A stretch of DNA of 22,042 nt, from assembly GCA_041548245.1 (NCBI GenBank), contig JBFESZ010000029.1, positions 1 through 22,042 on the forward strand, written 5' to 3'. Both the position numbers and the translations under genes were made by a program. This document shows positions 1 to 9,643 of this stretch, piece by piece (positions within the stretch are counted from its first letter, which is position 1; every line of letters begins with the position of its first letter). The notes beneath the pieces are model-generated. The model was not told the DNA's origin and searched no databases. It saw only the letters and a program-made list of their open reading frames with translations. Source of the stretch: Sulfurimonadaceae bacterium. Lineage in GTDB: Bacteria; Campylobacterota; Campylobacteria; Campylobacterales; Sulfurimonadaceae.

Positions 1-46
1 CCCACCCATTACGAGATATGATAAAGGTGTCAGTACGTATATTCAC
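1..46 (-). CDS. 5' end of a probable phosphatidylserine decarboxylase-related protein (partial, runs off the window)
   Basis: GTG at 46..44 overlaps the ftsH TGA (GTGA). It reads [15 protein letters not shown]..., resembling the 'IIAKEGW' N-terminus of Psd-like proteins that follow ftsH in Campylobacterota. Only 15 codons are visible. Confidence 0.5.
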   Translation of the reverse strand, partial: MNIRTDTFIISRNGW

Positions 47-2010
47 TCGTCCCTACTTTCAGTTTCTGCCGTTGTCTCTTCAACGGGTTCTTCTTTTTTC
101 TCGTCATCTTCATTAGATACCTGCAAGCGCGATTGCAGACCATTGGCTTTTTCAAAGTCGGAGATGATCTTGCGAACCTCATCACCGTCGAGCGTCTCTT
201 TTTCAAAAAGTGATGCCACCATAGTCTCGATAGCATCTTTATACACGTTTAAAGAAGCTTTGACATCTTCATAATGCTTTTCCAGTTCAGATTTAATATG
301 CTGATCCATATCTTCAGCCATCTTCTCACTGTATTCACGTGCAGAGCCCATACCGCCGCCCAAGAAAGACGAACGCTGTTTTTCAAGGACCATTAGCCCG
401 GCAACATCGCTCATCCCGTAAACTTGTACCATATTTTTAATGATATCGGTTGCTCGCTCCAGGTCATTGCTAGCCCCGGTAGAGATTTCATTGATAAAGA
501 CTTCCTCGGCTGCACGGCCTCCAAGCAATACATCGACTTCTGCCATCAGTTCATGCTTTTGCGCAAGGTATTTGTTCTCTTCCGGTGTATTAAGTGTATA
601 ACCAAGTGCCGCCAGACCGCGAGGGATGATGGAGACCTTTGATACACGTTTTGCCCCTTTGGTTATCTCTGCAAGCAGGGCATGACCACACTCATGATAG
701 GCGACAATACGCTTCTCTTTTGGATCAATACGACGGCTTTTCTTGGACAATCCCGCAATAGCACGTTCTACCGACTCAAGAAGATCCTCTTGTGTGACAC
801 TTAACTGTTTTTTACGACCCGCCAATAAAGCAGCTTCATTGATGATATTGGCTAGATCCGCTCCGGCCAGACCAGCCGTTAAACGAGCCAACTCTTCCAA
901 ATCCGCTTTTGGATCAAGTTTAATTCCTTTAACATGTACATTAAGGATCTGCTTACGTCCTTCAAAGTCAGGTTTGTCAACCAGGACCTGGCGGTCAAAA
1001 CGGCCAGGACGCATAAGAGCAGGATCAAGTATCTCAGGACGGTTAGTTGCTGCCAAGATAATAATTGGAGTATCCGTACCAAACCCGTCCATCTCTGCCA
1101 AGAGCTGATTCAGTGTCTGCTCACGCTCATCGTTCCCTCCAAAGTTTCCACTCGCTGCACGGGACTTTCCGATCGCATCGATCTCGTCGATGAATATGAT
1201 TGAAGGAGCATCTTTTTTGGCCTGTTCAAAAAGGTCACGTACGCGTGCTGCACCTACACCGACGAACATCTCAATAAAACTTGAACCTGAAACCGAAAAG
1301 AAAGGCACATCTGCCTCACCGGCAACTGCCTTTGCCAGAAGTGTCTTACCCGTACCCGGACTACCGACAAGGAGTACCCCTTTTGGTATCTTGGCACCAA
1401 GTTCAATATATTGATGAGGATATTTCAAAAAGTCAACGATCTCTTTGACCTCTTCTTTGGCCTCCTGTACTCCTGCGACATCGTCAAACTTGGTTGTCGG
1501 TTTTTCAGAATTTACAAGTTTTTTGGAATTACCCATTCCCAGGATTCCTCCACCCATACTCTTCTGCATACGGCCGGCAAAAAACATCCAGATTGCCAAT
1601 ATGATAAAAAACGGCAGCAACCAGCCAAACATATCTGTAAACCAATTTGACTCGCTAAAGCCTTTATACTCGATCCCTTTTGCATCCAAAAGCTTTATCA
1701 GATCAGGATCCTGATGAACCAGTCTTGCTGTATAGACGACTCTTCTACCACTTTCATCAGAAAAGCCACGAATAAAGTTCTGTCCTATGGCCACTTCACT
1801 GACGCTGTTTGAATCGATCAGCTTTTTGAGCTCCGAATAGGTGATCTCTTTATTTTTCGTTGCCCCTTGGCTCACTTGAGAACCCAATCCAGTATTCTCT
1901 CCGACCAGTGTTTTAAAGACCAGTATAACCACCACCGAAAAAATGGCAAATGTCAACAGTGGGTTTTGATTAAAAAAATTATTATTTTTATCGTTTTTCG
2001 GTTCTTTCAT
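43..2010 (-). CDS. ftsH: ATP-dependent zinc metalloprotease FtsH
   Basis: 655 aa with two N-terminal TM segments, Walker A GSPGTGKT, Walker [12 protein letters not shown] ([20 protein letters not shown]), zinc motif HECGH, GASNDL and an acidic tail. Confidence 0.98.
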   Translation of the reverse strand: MKEPKNDKNNNFFNQNPLLTFAIFSVVVILVFKTLVGENTGLGSQVSQGATKNKEITYSELKKLIDSNSVSEVAIGQNFIRGFSDESGRRVVYTARLVHQDPDLIKLLDAKGIEYKGFSESNWFTDMFGWLLPFFIILAIWMFFAGRMQKSMGGGILGMGNSKKLVNSEKPTTKFDDVAGVQEAKEEVKEIVDFLKYPHQYIELGAKIPKGVLLVGSPGTGKTLLAKAVAGEADVPFFSVSGSSFIEMFVGVGAARVRDLFEQAKKDAPSIIFIDEIDAIGKSRAASGNFGGNDEREQTLNQLLAEMDGFGTDTPIIILAATNRPEILDPALMRPGRFDRQVLVDKPDFEGRKQILNVHVKGIKLDPKADLEELARLTAGLAGADLANIINEAALLAGRKKQLSVTQEDLLESVERAIAGLSKKSRRIDPKEKRIVAYHECGHALLAEITKGAKRVSKVSIIPRGLAALGYTLNTPEENKYLAQKHELMAEVDVLLGGRAAEEVFINEISTGASNDLERATDIIKNMVQVYGMSDVAGLMVLEKQRSSFLGGGMGSAREYSEKMAEDMDQHIKSELEKHYEDVKASLNVYKDAIETMVASLFEKETLDGDEVRKIISDFEKANGLQSRLQVSNEDDEKKEEPVEETTAETESRDE

Positions 2011-2828
2011 TATTTCTCCATAACTAGACTAATCCATTCTCCATCACAAATGCGTTCAATACATTTCATGTCAGAAAACTTTTTTTGTACTTTTTCTTCA
2101 TATTTATCTAATATTCCCGAAAGAATAAGTTTTGACTTCGTTGCCTTTTTCAAATCACTCGCTATAAAAATCAAAACATCGGCAACGATATTCGCAATGA
2201 CAAGGTCATATTTTCTATCTGTGTCTGTGATCGAACCTTCCCAAATATCACGGTAGCTCGACTCGTTTAATTCAAAGTTCTCTTTTGCATTGTCAACAGA
2301 GATGATATCCGTGTCACACAGATCAACTGTAGCACCCATCTTCTGTGCAGCCAAAGCCAAAATCCCCGAACCGCATCCTACATCAACGACTTCCATGCCC
2401 GGTTTAACATGGCTGGAAATCGCTTTGAGACAACTTGCCGTTGTCGGATGATGTCCTGTTCCAAATGCAAGAGCCGGATCAAGCTTGATATTGTACAGCT
2501 CTTTTGAGGGCTCACTCCATGTCGGATGGATATAAAACTTTCCAACCTGAACAGGTTCTATCCCCTCTTGATATTTCGATATCCAGTCTACATTCTTCTT
2601 TTCAAAAAGTTCCGTTTGAACAGTAATCTTTTCACCCAATGCCTCGCCCAGGGCCTCTGCAAATTGCTCGATCCCCCAGACCAAGGTATCTAGTTCATCC
2701 TCGCTTCGTACGATCAAACTTGAGTCTCTCTCCTCAAATCCAACCGGCAATGACGAACTTAAAAAATCACTAAAATGTTCTATATACGCAGAAGGAGTTA
2801 TCACTAACTCGTGGTAACTCTCTTGCAT
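2010..2828 (-). CDS. prmA: 50S ribosomal protein L11 methyltransferase
   Basis: LDPALAFGTGHHPTT, SAM motif VVDVGCGSGIL, ANI motif and LILSGIL. TAATG-coupled to both cheY and ftsH. Confidence 0.96.
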   Translation of the reverse strand: MQESYHELVITPSAYIEHFSDFLSSSLPVGFEERDSSLIVRSEDELDTLVWGIEQFAEALGEALGEKITVQTELFEKKNVDWISKYQEGIEPVQVGKFYIHPTWSEPSKELYNIKLDPALAFGTGHHPTTASCLKAISSHVKPGMEVVDVGCGSGILALAAQKMGATVDLCDTDIISVDNAKENFELNESSYRDIWEGSITDTDRKYDLVIANIVADVLIFIASDLKKATKSKLILSGILDKYEEKVQKKFSDMKCIERICDGEWISLVMEK

Positions 2829-3202
2829 TACTCCTCAAGACCCATTACAGCGGCAAGTTTCTCTTTTAAAACCTGTGGTGTAAATGGTTTGACAATATAA
2901 TTATTAACACCTGCCTTCAAGGCAGTGATAACCTCGGCTTTACCGCCTTCAGTTGTAACCATAATGATCGGCAGGTCAGCAAATCTTTCGTCTGCACGAA
3001 CTTTTTTAACCAACTCCAGACCATTCATCTCTGGCATATTCCAGTCAGTGATCAACATACCAGTATCAGGATTACTGTCCAAAACGGCCCATCCTTGAAC
3101 ACCATCTTCACCCTCTAGAACATCTTTATATCCTAAACGAGCCAAAGTATTCTTAATAATACGGCGCATTGTTGAACTATCATCTACTACAACTAATTTC
3201 AA
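2828..3202 (-). CDS. cheY: Chemotaxis response regulator CheY
   Basis: Single receiver domain (VVDDS, TDWNMPEMNG, MVTTEG, YIVKPF). TTG start with AAGGA SD at 3209..3213. The cheY-prmA-ftsH order is typical of Campylobacterota. Confidence 0.96.
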   Translation of the reverse strand: MKLVVVDDSSTMRRIIKNTLARLGYKDVLEGEDGVQGWAVLDSNPDTGMLITDWNMPEMNGLELVKKVRADERFADLPIIMVTTEGGKAEVITALKAGVNNYIVKPFTPQVLKEKLAAVMGLEE

Positions 3203-3251
3203 TATTTATCCTTGCAAGATTTAAAATATATTACTCTAATAATATCTTATT

Positions 3252-3965
3252 CTACTTTGAGCGAACTTTAAAAACTTTTTTAAGGTCTATCGTGCCCTCA
3301 TAAAACGCTTTGCCAACGATCACACCGGATACATTCCCGGCTTTTTCCAAATTCTCAATGTCCGACTCGTCACGCACACCACCACTGGCAATGGTCGGGA
3401 TACCCGAAGCCTCTGCAATCGATTGTGTAAACTCAACATTGACCCCGCTTAATGTTCCATCTCTACCGACGTCTGTACAAATGATTGCTTCGACACCCGC
3501 ATCAGCGAAAGCTTTGGCTAGGTCCGTCGCCTTCATCTCTGAGGTCTCTGCCCAACCCTCAACGGCAACATAACCGTCAATTGCATCAATACCGACAGCA
3601 ATCGGGTATTTTTTTGCCATTGCTTTGACAAATTCCGGATCTTTCACTGCAATAGATCCCAAAATAAGTCTGTCTATCCCCAGTTCAAGATACTGCTGAA
3701 TCGTTTTCTCATCACGAATTCCACCGCCTAGTTCTAGTTTCATCTTACAATTTTCACGAATAAGACGGATTTGTTCAAGGTTCTTAGGCTCTCCGGCAAA
3801 AGCACCGTTAAGATCTACCAAATGCGTCCACTCTGAACCCATCTCTTCAAAAGTCTTGACCAGTTGCCAAGGCTCATCCGAATAGATCTTTGCACTATCC
3901 ATCAAACCCTTTGTCAGACGCACCGCTTTTCCGTCTTTTAAATCTATTGCCGGTAATATATCCAT
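3252..3965 (-). CDS. hisA: ProFAR isomerase HisA
   Basis: [43 protein letters not shown] and [11 protein letters not shown]. Confidence 0.97.
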   Translation of the reverse strand: MDILPAIDLKDGKAVRLTKGLMDSAKIYSDEPWQLVKTFEEMGSEWTHLVDLNGAFAGEPKNLEQIRLIRENCKMKLELGGGIRDEKTIQQYLELGIDRLILGSIAVKDPEFVKAMAKKYPIAVGIDAIDGYVAVEGWAETSEMKATDLAKAFADAGVEAIICTDVGRDGTLSGVNVEFTQSIAEASGIPTIASGGVRDESDIENLEKAGNVSGVIVGKAFYEGTIDLKKVFKVRSK

Positions 3966-3981
3966 GCTACTCTCTGTCCTT

Positions 3982-4593
3982 TTATAAATTAATAAAGTTT
4001 TTCAAAATCGTCAAGCCGTTCTTATGACTCTTCTCGGGGTGAGGCTGAATACCTAAGATGTTCTCATTCTGTACAGCAGAACTAAAACGGTAACCGTACT
4101 CCGTCTCACCGATAATGTTCTCTTCATCCTGACATACGGCATGAAAGGAGTGGACGAAATAAAGATAATGTTCTTGATCCATCCCTTCAAAAAGAGGGTG
4201 CGCCTTGGTAAACATCCGATTCCATCCCATGTGAGGAACTTTCAAAGGATGAGAAAAGCGTGATATGTCAAAACCGACGACCTTTCCAGGGATCAGACCA
4301 AGGCCCTGATTGGAGCCGAACTCCTCACTGGAGTCAAAAAGAAGCTGCATCCCCAAGCAGATACCCAGCATATACTTGCCCGACTTCGCATAAGCCTTGA
4401 CTGCCTCATCCATACCGTTGACCTTCAGATGCTCCATCGCATCTCCAAAAGCCCCTACTCCAGGTAAGATGATCTTATCATACTCCTTAAGTCTGTCTGG
4501 ATCTGATTCAACAACAACCTCTTCGTCCAGAACTGAAAATGCATTTTTAACAGAGGCCAAATTCCCCATGTTGTAATCAACTATTCCAATCAA
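3982..4593 (-). CDS. hisH: Imidazole glycerol phosphate synthase glutaminase subunit HisH
   Basis: [17 protein letters not shown], catalytic GICLGMQ, VPHMGWN, YFVHSF and QPHPEKS. TTG start overlaps the upstream TGA. Confidence 0.97.
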   Translation of the reverse strand: MIGIVDYNMGNLASVKNAFSVLDEEVVVESDPDRLKEYDKIILPGVGAFGDAMEHLKVNGMDEAVKAYAKSGKYMLGICLGMQLLFDSSEEFGSNQGLGLIPGKVVGFDISRFSHPLKVPHMGWNRMFTKAHPLFEGMDQEHYLYFVHSFHAVCQDEENIIGETEYGYRFSSAVQNENILGIQPHPEKSHKNGLTILKNFINL

Positions 4594-5498
4594 TCCTCAT
4601 CACCTTGTGCTCGTTTTGTTAGTTTAATATAGCCTGCCAACGTAATCGTCAACAGCGCAACGCCGATAATCAGATACACGGCATTGATCAGCATCCCCGG
4701 TTCGATCAGCGCAAACTTAAAGACCAGCATCAAAGCCTCAATTGAGAGTGCGATGATAATGGAGCCCAAGAACTTGATCATTGTCCGATTTGCTCCCGAG
4801 TGAGAACGTCGATGTATCCCCATGACTTCTTCTTCAAAGATGGTCTTGACCAGATCAAATATGGCCAGAGAAAGCGTTAAAAGGATGGTCGCTTCAAAGA
4901 TGACCTTCACTTCTAAAGAACGATAATCGAATCCATAATGAAGAAAGTTTTCTATACCTTTGACAAAGAGTAAAAGTGCCACTAGGGCCAAAGCCAAAGA
5001 GAAGACGGAATAAGCAAATTTACTGGTCTTTCCAAAGAGAGACGAAGCCGCTGTCGGATGAGCGATATTGATAACACTCGCAAGAGGCATGTCTATACAG
5101 GCCACATACTTGACCCTGCCTGTTTCATCAAATATCGGTTGAGAGGCTGTGACAGCCAAATCTTGCGTAAGTAGAGAGGGATAGGGATCGGTAATCGTAC
5201 AGCGTTTCTCTTTCATTGCCCGATAATAGTACGCTCTGTTAGAACGGATAGAACCCACGTCTTCAGGCTTTTCCACGTTTTGAAGATACGTCGGTGTGAT
5301 CTGTACACCTTTCTCGTCCAGAAGGTATACACCATCCGCATCGGGCTGATCTCCCATCATCTTGCGTAAACGGTCCATCACCGCTTCCGGAGATATCTCC
5401 GGAAGACGGTTAGGCAGGTTCTTTGAAAACAGATAACAGAAATAAGCACGTGCTTTTGTACGAATCTCAGCAAACTGCTGTATATCTCTTGCGACCAT
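4590..5498 (-). CDS. pglG: PglG/WlaM-like protein: N-terminal PDC/Cache-like domain plus about 4 C-terminal TM helices
   Basis: The N-terminus (KARAYFCYLFSKNLPNRLP) resembles C. jejuni PglG as recalled. Cache-type motifs RAYYYRA, ITDPYPS and VTASQPI. Hydrophobic PsiE-like C-terminal half. It lies upstream of cheY-prmA-ftsH, as in C. jejuni. Confidence 0.75.
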   Translation of the reverse strand: MVARDIQQFAEIRTKARAYFCYLFSKNLPNRLPEISPEAVMDRLRKMMGDQPDADGVYLLDEKGVQITPTYLQNVEKPEDVGSIRSNRAYYYRAMKEKRCTITDPYPSLLTQDLAVTASQPIFDETGRVKYVACIDMPLASVINIAHPTAASSLFGKTSKFAYSVFSLALALVALLLFVKGIENFLHYGFDYRSLEVKVIFEATILLTLSLAIFDLVKTIFEEEVMGIHRRSHSGANRTMIKFLGSIIIALSIEALMLVFKFALIEPGMLINAVYLIIGVALLTITLAGYIKLTKRAQGDED

Positions 5499-5526
5499 AT
5501 TCTCCCTTTATCCTTGTATGCTTGCA

Positions 5527-5532
5527 ATTATA
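5527..5532 (-). promoter_or_regulatory. sigma70 -10 box for the pglG-hisHA-cheY operon
   Basis: Perfect TATAAT on the minus strand, about 30 nt upstream of ATG 5498, with an AGGGAG SD in between. Confidence 0.65.
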
Positions 5533-5598
5533 CCTCATTTAGCTTACGATGCTATGAACAAAAGCCTCGGCGAGCTTTGTTCACGCATTCAAATGTTT

Positions 5599-5607
5599 TG
5601 TTATAAT
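5599..5607 (+). promoter_or_regulatory. Extended -10 promoter (TGnTATAAT) for waaC-lpxL
   Basis: TGTTATAAT about 25 nt upstream of the waaC start. Confidence 0.75.
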
Positions 5608-5632
5608 TACGAAAAAATTTCGAATGGAACAT

Positions 5633-6631
5633 ATGCGCATAGCCATTGTCAGACTCTCTGCTCTTGGAGATATTATCAATTCAGCCCTAATCTTGCAGTT
5701 TATCAAAAAAGCCTATCCCGATGCGCGAATTGAATGGATTTGCGAAGAAGCATTCGCCCCTATTATTGCCAATCATCCCCACTTGGATGCCGTCCATACT
5801 GTCGCCATCAAACGTGCTAAAAAGACGAAATCCTTTTCTGTTCTCTTTCAGAGCATCTCCATGCTGCGTTCTTTAGGACGTTTTGACATCATCATTGATC
5901 TTCAGGGACTGATAAAATCAGCCCTTGTATCACGGCTTATCGGTAAGAACATCTACGGTTTTGCCAGGGATTCCATTCGCGAAGGCATCGCCTCAAAGTT
6001 TTATGCGCATCATGTTCATATTCCCTATGAAGAAAACTCCATATGGCGCAGCATTGTACTCGTAAGTTCGGCCTTGAATATTGAGATAAGCAAAGAGATG
6101 GTCAATGCTAAGCAGCCCGCACTCTCTTATGAGGAAAAGGACAACATCACCAAGGGACTATTGAGTGATTCTCAAAAGAACATAGCCTTTGTCATAGGGG
6201 CGAGCTGGCCTTCGAAGACCTATCCCAAAGAAAACTTTATCCAACTAGCCAACAGACTTAAGGCCAATATTATCTTGATCTGGGGCAGTGAGTCAGAAAA
6301 ACAGGCTGCTTTAGACATCTCCATGGCAGCTTCAAATACCAAGCTCTCTGTAAAGCTGGACCTTCCTCAATTAGTCGCACTTGTAGATAGTGTGGACCTT
6401 ATCATTGGCAATGACACCGGTCCTACCCATATCGCATGGGCTATGAACAAACCCTCTATCACCCTTTTCGGTCCGACTCCTGCACAGAAGATGATGTGGC
6501 AAGGGAGTAAAAACATTGCCATAGAATCCGATTCAAAAGTCAATCCGCTCAAGCTCGATCGCAGTGATATGTCAATCAAAAACATCCCAGCTGAACTTGT
6601 CCGTGAAAAAGCCCAGGAACTTTTAAGATGA
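5633..6631 (+). CDS. waaC: Lipopolysaccharide heptosyltransferase I (GT9)
   Basis: MRIAIVRLSALGDII, DLQGLIKSA, GNDTGPTHIA and LFGPT. Start placed at the second ATG (5633, after a GGA SD) rather than 5624. Adjacent to lpxL/htrB, as in Campylobacter. Confidence 0.9.
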   Translation: MRIAIVRLSALGDIINSALILQFIKKAYPDARIEWICEEAFAPIIANHPHLDAVHTVAIKRAKKTKSFSVLFQSISMLRSLGRFDIIIDLQGLIKSALVSRLIGKNIYGFARDSIREGIASKFYAHHVHIPYEENSIWRSIVLVSSALNIEISKEMVNAKQPALSYEEKDNITKGLLSDSQKNIAFVIGASWPSKTYPKENFIQLANRLKANIILIWGSESEKQAALDISMAASNTKLSVKLDLPQLVALVDSVDLIIGNDTGPTHIAWAMNKPSITLFGPTPAQKMMWQGSKNIAIESDSKVNPLKLDRSDMSIKNIPAELVREKAQELLR

Positions 6632-7512
6632 TCGCATACTATCTTTTTCGGTTTTTTGAAACCTGTTTTCTGGCACTACCCGATAAGCTTCAAAGAGCAC
6701 TGATACTTGGCCTGGCAAAGCTTGCTTTCTGGATTGATGCCAAGCACAGAAAAATCATCAAGGCCAACCTTGATTTAACAATAAAGCATGAGCTCTCGAC
6801 TCAACAGTACGACAGCATACTTAAATTTTGTCATAAAAACCTTGCCCTGGTTCTTCTGCAAGTCTTGCGCAGCAGTCGATTAAGCATAGAGGAATTGCAA
6901 AAAAGTGTGACATTCGAGAACAGACACTATCTCGATGATGCGATCAAAAAGGGTAAAAAAATCATTATTGTTTCCGCCCATTATGGCAACTGGGAATTGG
7001 GTGCTACAGCTGTGGGAGCACTGATACATCCTATCACTTCTATTCACAAAAAAATGAACAATAAATATTTTGATGACTACCTTCTACAATCACGTACAAA
7101 ATTCAACATGACCATGATAGAGAAAAAAGGTGCGATCAAGCATTTGGTCAAGGCGCTAAAAAATAATCAGATCGTCACGATGATGATCGATCAAAACGTC
7201 AACCCAAAAGATGGGATATACGTTGATTTTTTGGGTGCAAAAGCAACACAAACAGCCGCTCCTGCCTTTTTAGCCAGAAAGTTCGATGCCCTCATCATCC
7301 CTGTACTGATCCATACCACACCCGAAAAAGAGAATGTCATCAGCATTTTAAAACCCATCATCACACCAAAGACGGATGATGAGGAAAAAGACATCTTCGA
7401 ATCAACTCAGGCACAGGCTGATATGCTGGCTGATGTCATCAGATCACATCCGGAGCCATGGTTTTGGTGTCATAAACGCTGGAAGTCTGCCTATGAGAGG
7501 ATCTATAACTAG
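6628..7512 (+). CDS. lpxL: Lipid A biosynthesis lauroyl/acyltransferase (LpxL/HtrB family)
   Basis: Catalytic HYGNWE (HX4E), MIDQN and PEPWFWCHKRWK. ATGA overlap with waaC. Confidence 0.9.
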   Translation: MIAYYLFRFFETCFLALPDKLQRALILGLAKLAFWIDAKHRKIIKANLDLTIKHELSTQQYDSILKFCHKNLALVLLQVLRSSRLSIEELQKSVTFENRHYLDDAIKKGKKIIIVSAHYGNWELGATAVGALIHPITSIHKKMNNKYFDDYLLQSRTKFNMTMIEKKGAIKHLVKALKNNQIVTMMIDQNVNPKDGIYVDFLGAKATQTAAPAFLARKFDALIIPVLIHTTPEKENVISILKPIITPKTDDEEKDIFESTQAQADMLADVIRSHPEPWFWCHKRWKSAYERIYN

Positions 7513-7513
7513 G

Positions 7514-7921
7514 CTACTGCTTCAGGTAATCTCGTAAGATCTGAGCATGATCAAAGACCATTTTCTCAAAAGGAATACAATCCCTTTTGTAAACCATGGC
7601 CTCTTTGGCATCATCCATGCCCTTGGGTATTCCTTCCGCCTTACAGACATAAACGACTGTCGCTGTATGAAAACGGGGATCTCGAGAGGGGTCAGAGTAG
7701 ACATTAAGCAACGAAGTGATTGTCACATCCAGATTTGTCTCCTCCTTCATCTCTCGAACCAGTGCATCTTCGACTTTTTCTCCCACATCCACAAAACCGC
7801 CTGGAATCGCAAGGCCATGAGGAGGGTTAAGTCGTTCTATCAGAACGATACCTTGAAATATACCCTCTTTATAAAGCTCTATGATGCCGTCAACGCTTAA
7901 AAAAGGTGTCTTAATTTCCAC
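7514..7921 (-). CDS. Nudix hydrolase, ADP-ribose pyrophosphatase-like
   Basis: Nudix box [36 protein letters not shown] and FDHAQIL are motifs of the small ADPRase/NrtR-N type. Confidence 0.9.
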   Translation of the reverse strand: MEIKTPFLSVDGIIELYKEGIFQGIVLIERLNPPHGLAIPGGFVDVGEKVEDALVREMKEETNLDVTITSLLNVYSDPSRDPRFHTATVVYVCKAEGIPKGMDDAKEAMVYKRDCIPFEKMVFDHAQILRDYLKQ

Positions 7922-8291
7922 AGCTTCTCATCTTTTGCACAAGTCCGACATATTCATCCTCATATTTTCGAATGATCGCATCAAGGTATTCAAAATCGAA
8001 CATCCTTTGCAGGTCAAGTTCTTTTGGCAGACTTATCTGCGCCTTTCTATTAAGGTATTCCAAGATAACCCATGCTGAATAACAATCCAGAAAGTACGGC
8101 AGATGCTCCATTCCTAAGGAGTGTATCTCTTCCATCGGTACGATCTTTAACATCAGATTTTTAAGCTCTGCTGTTTTAGGCTCGTCATGTCGTCGCAAAC
8201 GCAGATCAAAAGCCTCTTTAAGTGCGGACTCCAAAGTTGCATTAGAGACCTCATCACTTACAATATATCCGGGTTTAATATTTAAATACAT
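7911..8291 (-). CDS. Hypothetical protein (126 aa)
   Basis: ATG with an AGGA SD at suitable spacing. It fills the gap between co-oriented genes and overlaps the Nudix start by 11 bp. No family recognised. Confidence 0.8.
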   Translation of the reverse strand: MYLNIKPGYIVSDEVSNATLESALKEAFDLRLRRHDEPKTAELKNLMLKIVPMEEIHSLGMEHLPYFLDCYSAWVILEYLNRKAQISLPKELDLQRMFDFEYLDAIIRKYEDEYVGLVQKMRSCGN

Positions 8292-8316
8292 TCCTACATC
8301 CTAATATATTCGTCTT

Positions 8317-9480
8317 TTAGCGTGACAATTTCTTCTGCAGTGCACTAGCACAGACAACAGCGCTCGCAAATGCCCATTGAAAATTATATCCGCCCAGTTC
8401 TCCGGTAACATCAACAACCTCTCCGATAAAGTAGAGGTTTTCATGCAGTCTGCTTTGCATTGTATCAGAATTTATTTCAGATATATCTACCCCGCCACGG
8501 CAAGCCTCTGCTTTTTTAAGGCCAAAAGTACCTGCCGGCGACATCGCATACGCCTTCAATAGATCCAATCTCTCCCACTCGTCCTTACTCAGTTTATATA
8601 CCGGTTTGTCTTCTATATCGATACTTTCCAAAAGTTTTTTAGCAAGACGTTTTGAAAGCTGTAATTGGGACGAGATCTGTTTCTTTTTGTCCTTGAGCAG
8701 GCCTTTTAGTGTACTATTGGGTAAAAAGTCCACCCTGACCAGACCTTTTTTCCAGTATAGTGAGGCCGAAAGTACTGCCGGACCGCTAATCCCTTTGTGC
8801 GCGAACAGAAGATCACCACTTAATTTCTTATGCCCTACATCTATACTAACCCATGTCGATATACCGCTCAACTCTTTCATCCAGAACTGATCTTTCTGGA
8901 CTGTCCATCCGACAAGTACCGGTGAAAAGGCTTCAACCCCGTGTCCCAGCCCTTGTGCCAGCTTTAAACCGATATCACTGCCTCCGACTTGTGGATAAGC
9001 GGAAGAGCCTGTGGCAATGACAAGATACTTAGCCATCATCCTTGTCTTGTCCGTTGCAACATGATACCCATCTGGGACTTTGTCCACACTCGCAATCTTA
9101 TGCGAAAGCAAGAAGGCTGCACATTGGGCATCTGCTTTTAATACGTCAATAACCTCATCAGCACTCCTGGTACAAAAGTACTGTCCAAATGAACGTATCT
9201 TCGGTATCACACCTCTGTATTTAAGATAGGTTAAAAGCTCCTGAGGCGTATATCTTTGCAAGACATCCCTTACAAATTGAGATTCACCCAAATAGTTGTC
9301 TTCGCAGACATCCTGATTGGTCACATTGCATTTCCCGCCGCCTGATATCTTCATTTTCATTCCGACACGCGGATTGTGATCAATAAGTACGATATCTTTG
9401 AAACCCTTCTTGCACAACTGAGCAGCAAGCATCAATGCACTGGCCCCCGCACCTAGTATTACGACTTCATATCTTTTGAT
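8317..9480 (-). CDS. HI0933/YhiN (BaiN-like, RdsA-family) FAD-dependent oxidoreductase
   Basis: Rossmann motif VVILGAGASAL, KISGGGKCNVTN, LFAHKGISGPAVL and GEVVDVTGELGGYNFQWAFASA. Start is uncertain: the ORF track gives 9534, but SD and promoter positions point to ATC at 9480. Confidence 0.9.
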   Translation of the reverse strand: MKRYEVVILGAGASALMLAAQLCKKGFKDIVLIDHNPRVGMKMKISGGGKCNVTNQDVCEDNYLGESQFVRDVLQRYTPQELLTYLKYRGVIPKIRSFGQYFCTRSADEVIDVLKADAQCAAFLLSHKIASVDKVPDGYHVATDKTRMMAKYLVIATGSSAYPQVGGSDIGLKLAQGLGHGVEAFSPVLVGWTVQKDQFWMKELSGISTWVSIDVGHKKLSGDLLFAHKGISGPAVLSASLYWKKGLVRVDFLPNSTLKGLLKDKKKQISSQLQLSKRLAKKLLESIDIEDKPVYKLSKDEWERLDLLKAYAMSPAGTFGLKKAEACRGGVDISEINSDTMQSRLHENLYFIGEVVDVTGELGGYNFQWAFASAVVCASALQKKLSR

Positions 9481-9500
9481 ACCGCTTTCCTTTTTCCCAG

Positions 9501-9509
9501 AGCATAACA
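9501..9509 (-). promoter_or_regulatory. Extended -10 (TGTTATGCT) for the YhiN-family operon
   Basis: TGnTATGCT on the minus strand, followed by AAGGA (9488..9492). Confidence 0.55.
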
Positions 9510-9572
9510 TAACCTTATTGCTAATATAAACCATGTCATATTCTGTTTAATTTTCATTCAACATTGACATTG

Positions 9573-9578
9573 TATAAT
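9573..9578 (+). promoter_or_regulatory. sigma70 -10 box for the cNMP-binding protein gene
   Basis: TATAAT preceded by AT-rich DNA, about 65 nt upstream of ATG 9644. Confidence 0.6.
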
Positions 9579-9643
9579 AATTGCAAACTATCGCGAGTTG
9601 CTGTATCTGTCCGTACCTTTGCAACTTGTTTTCAGAGGATGTC

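Noticed and set aside
424..2256. Multiple short + strand ORFs opposite ftsH/prmA, and similar ones opposite other genes
   Set aside because: Antisense or out-of-frame shadows of well-supported genes, with no motifs or SDs.
9582..9610. Resemblance of GCAAACTATC-GCGA-G to the 5' part of a c-di-GMP-I riboswitch
   Set aside because: The stem pairs poorly, and the conserved GACGCAAAG and second hairpin are absent.
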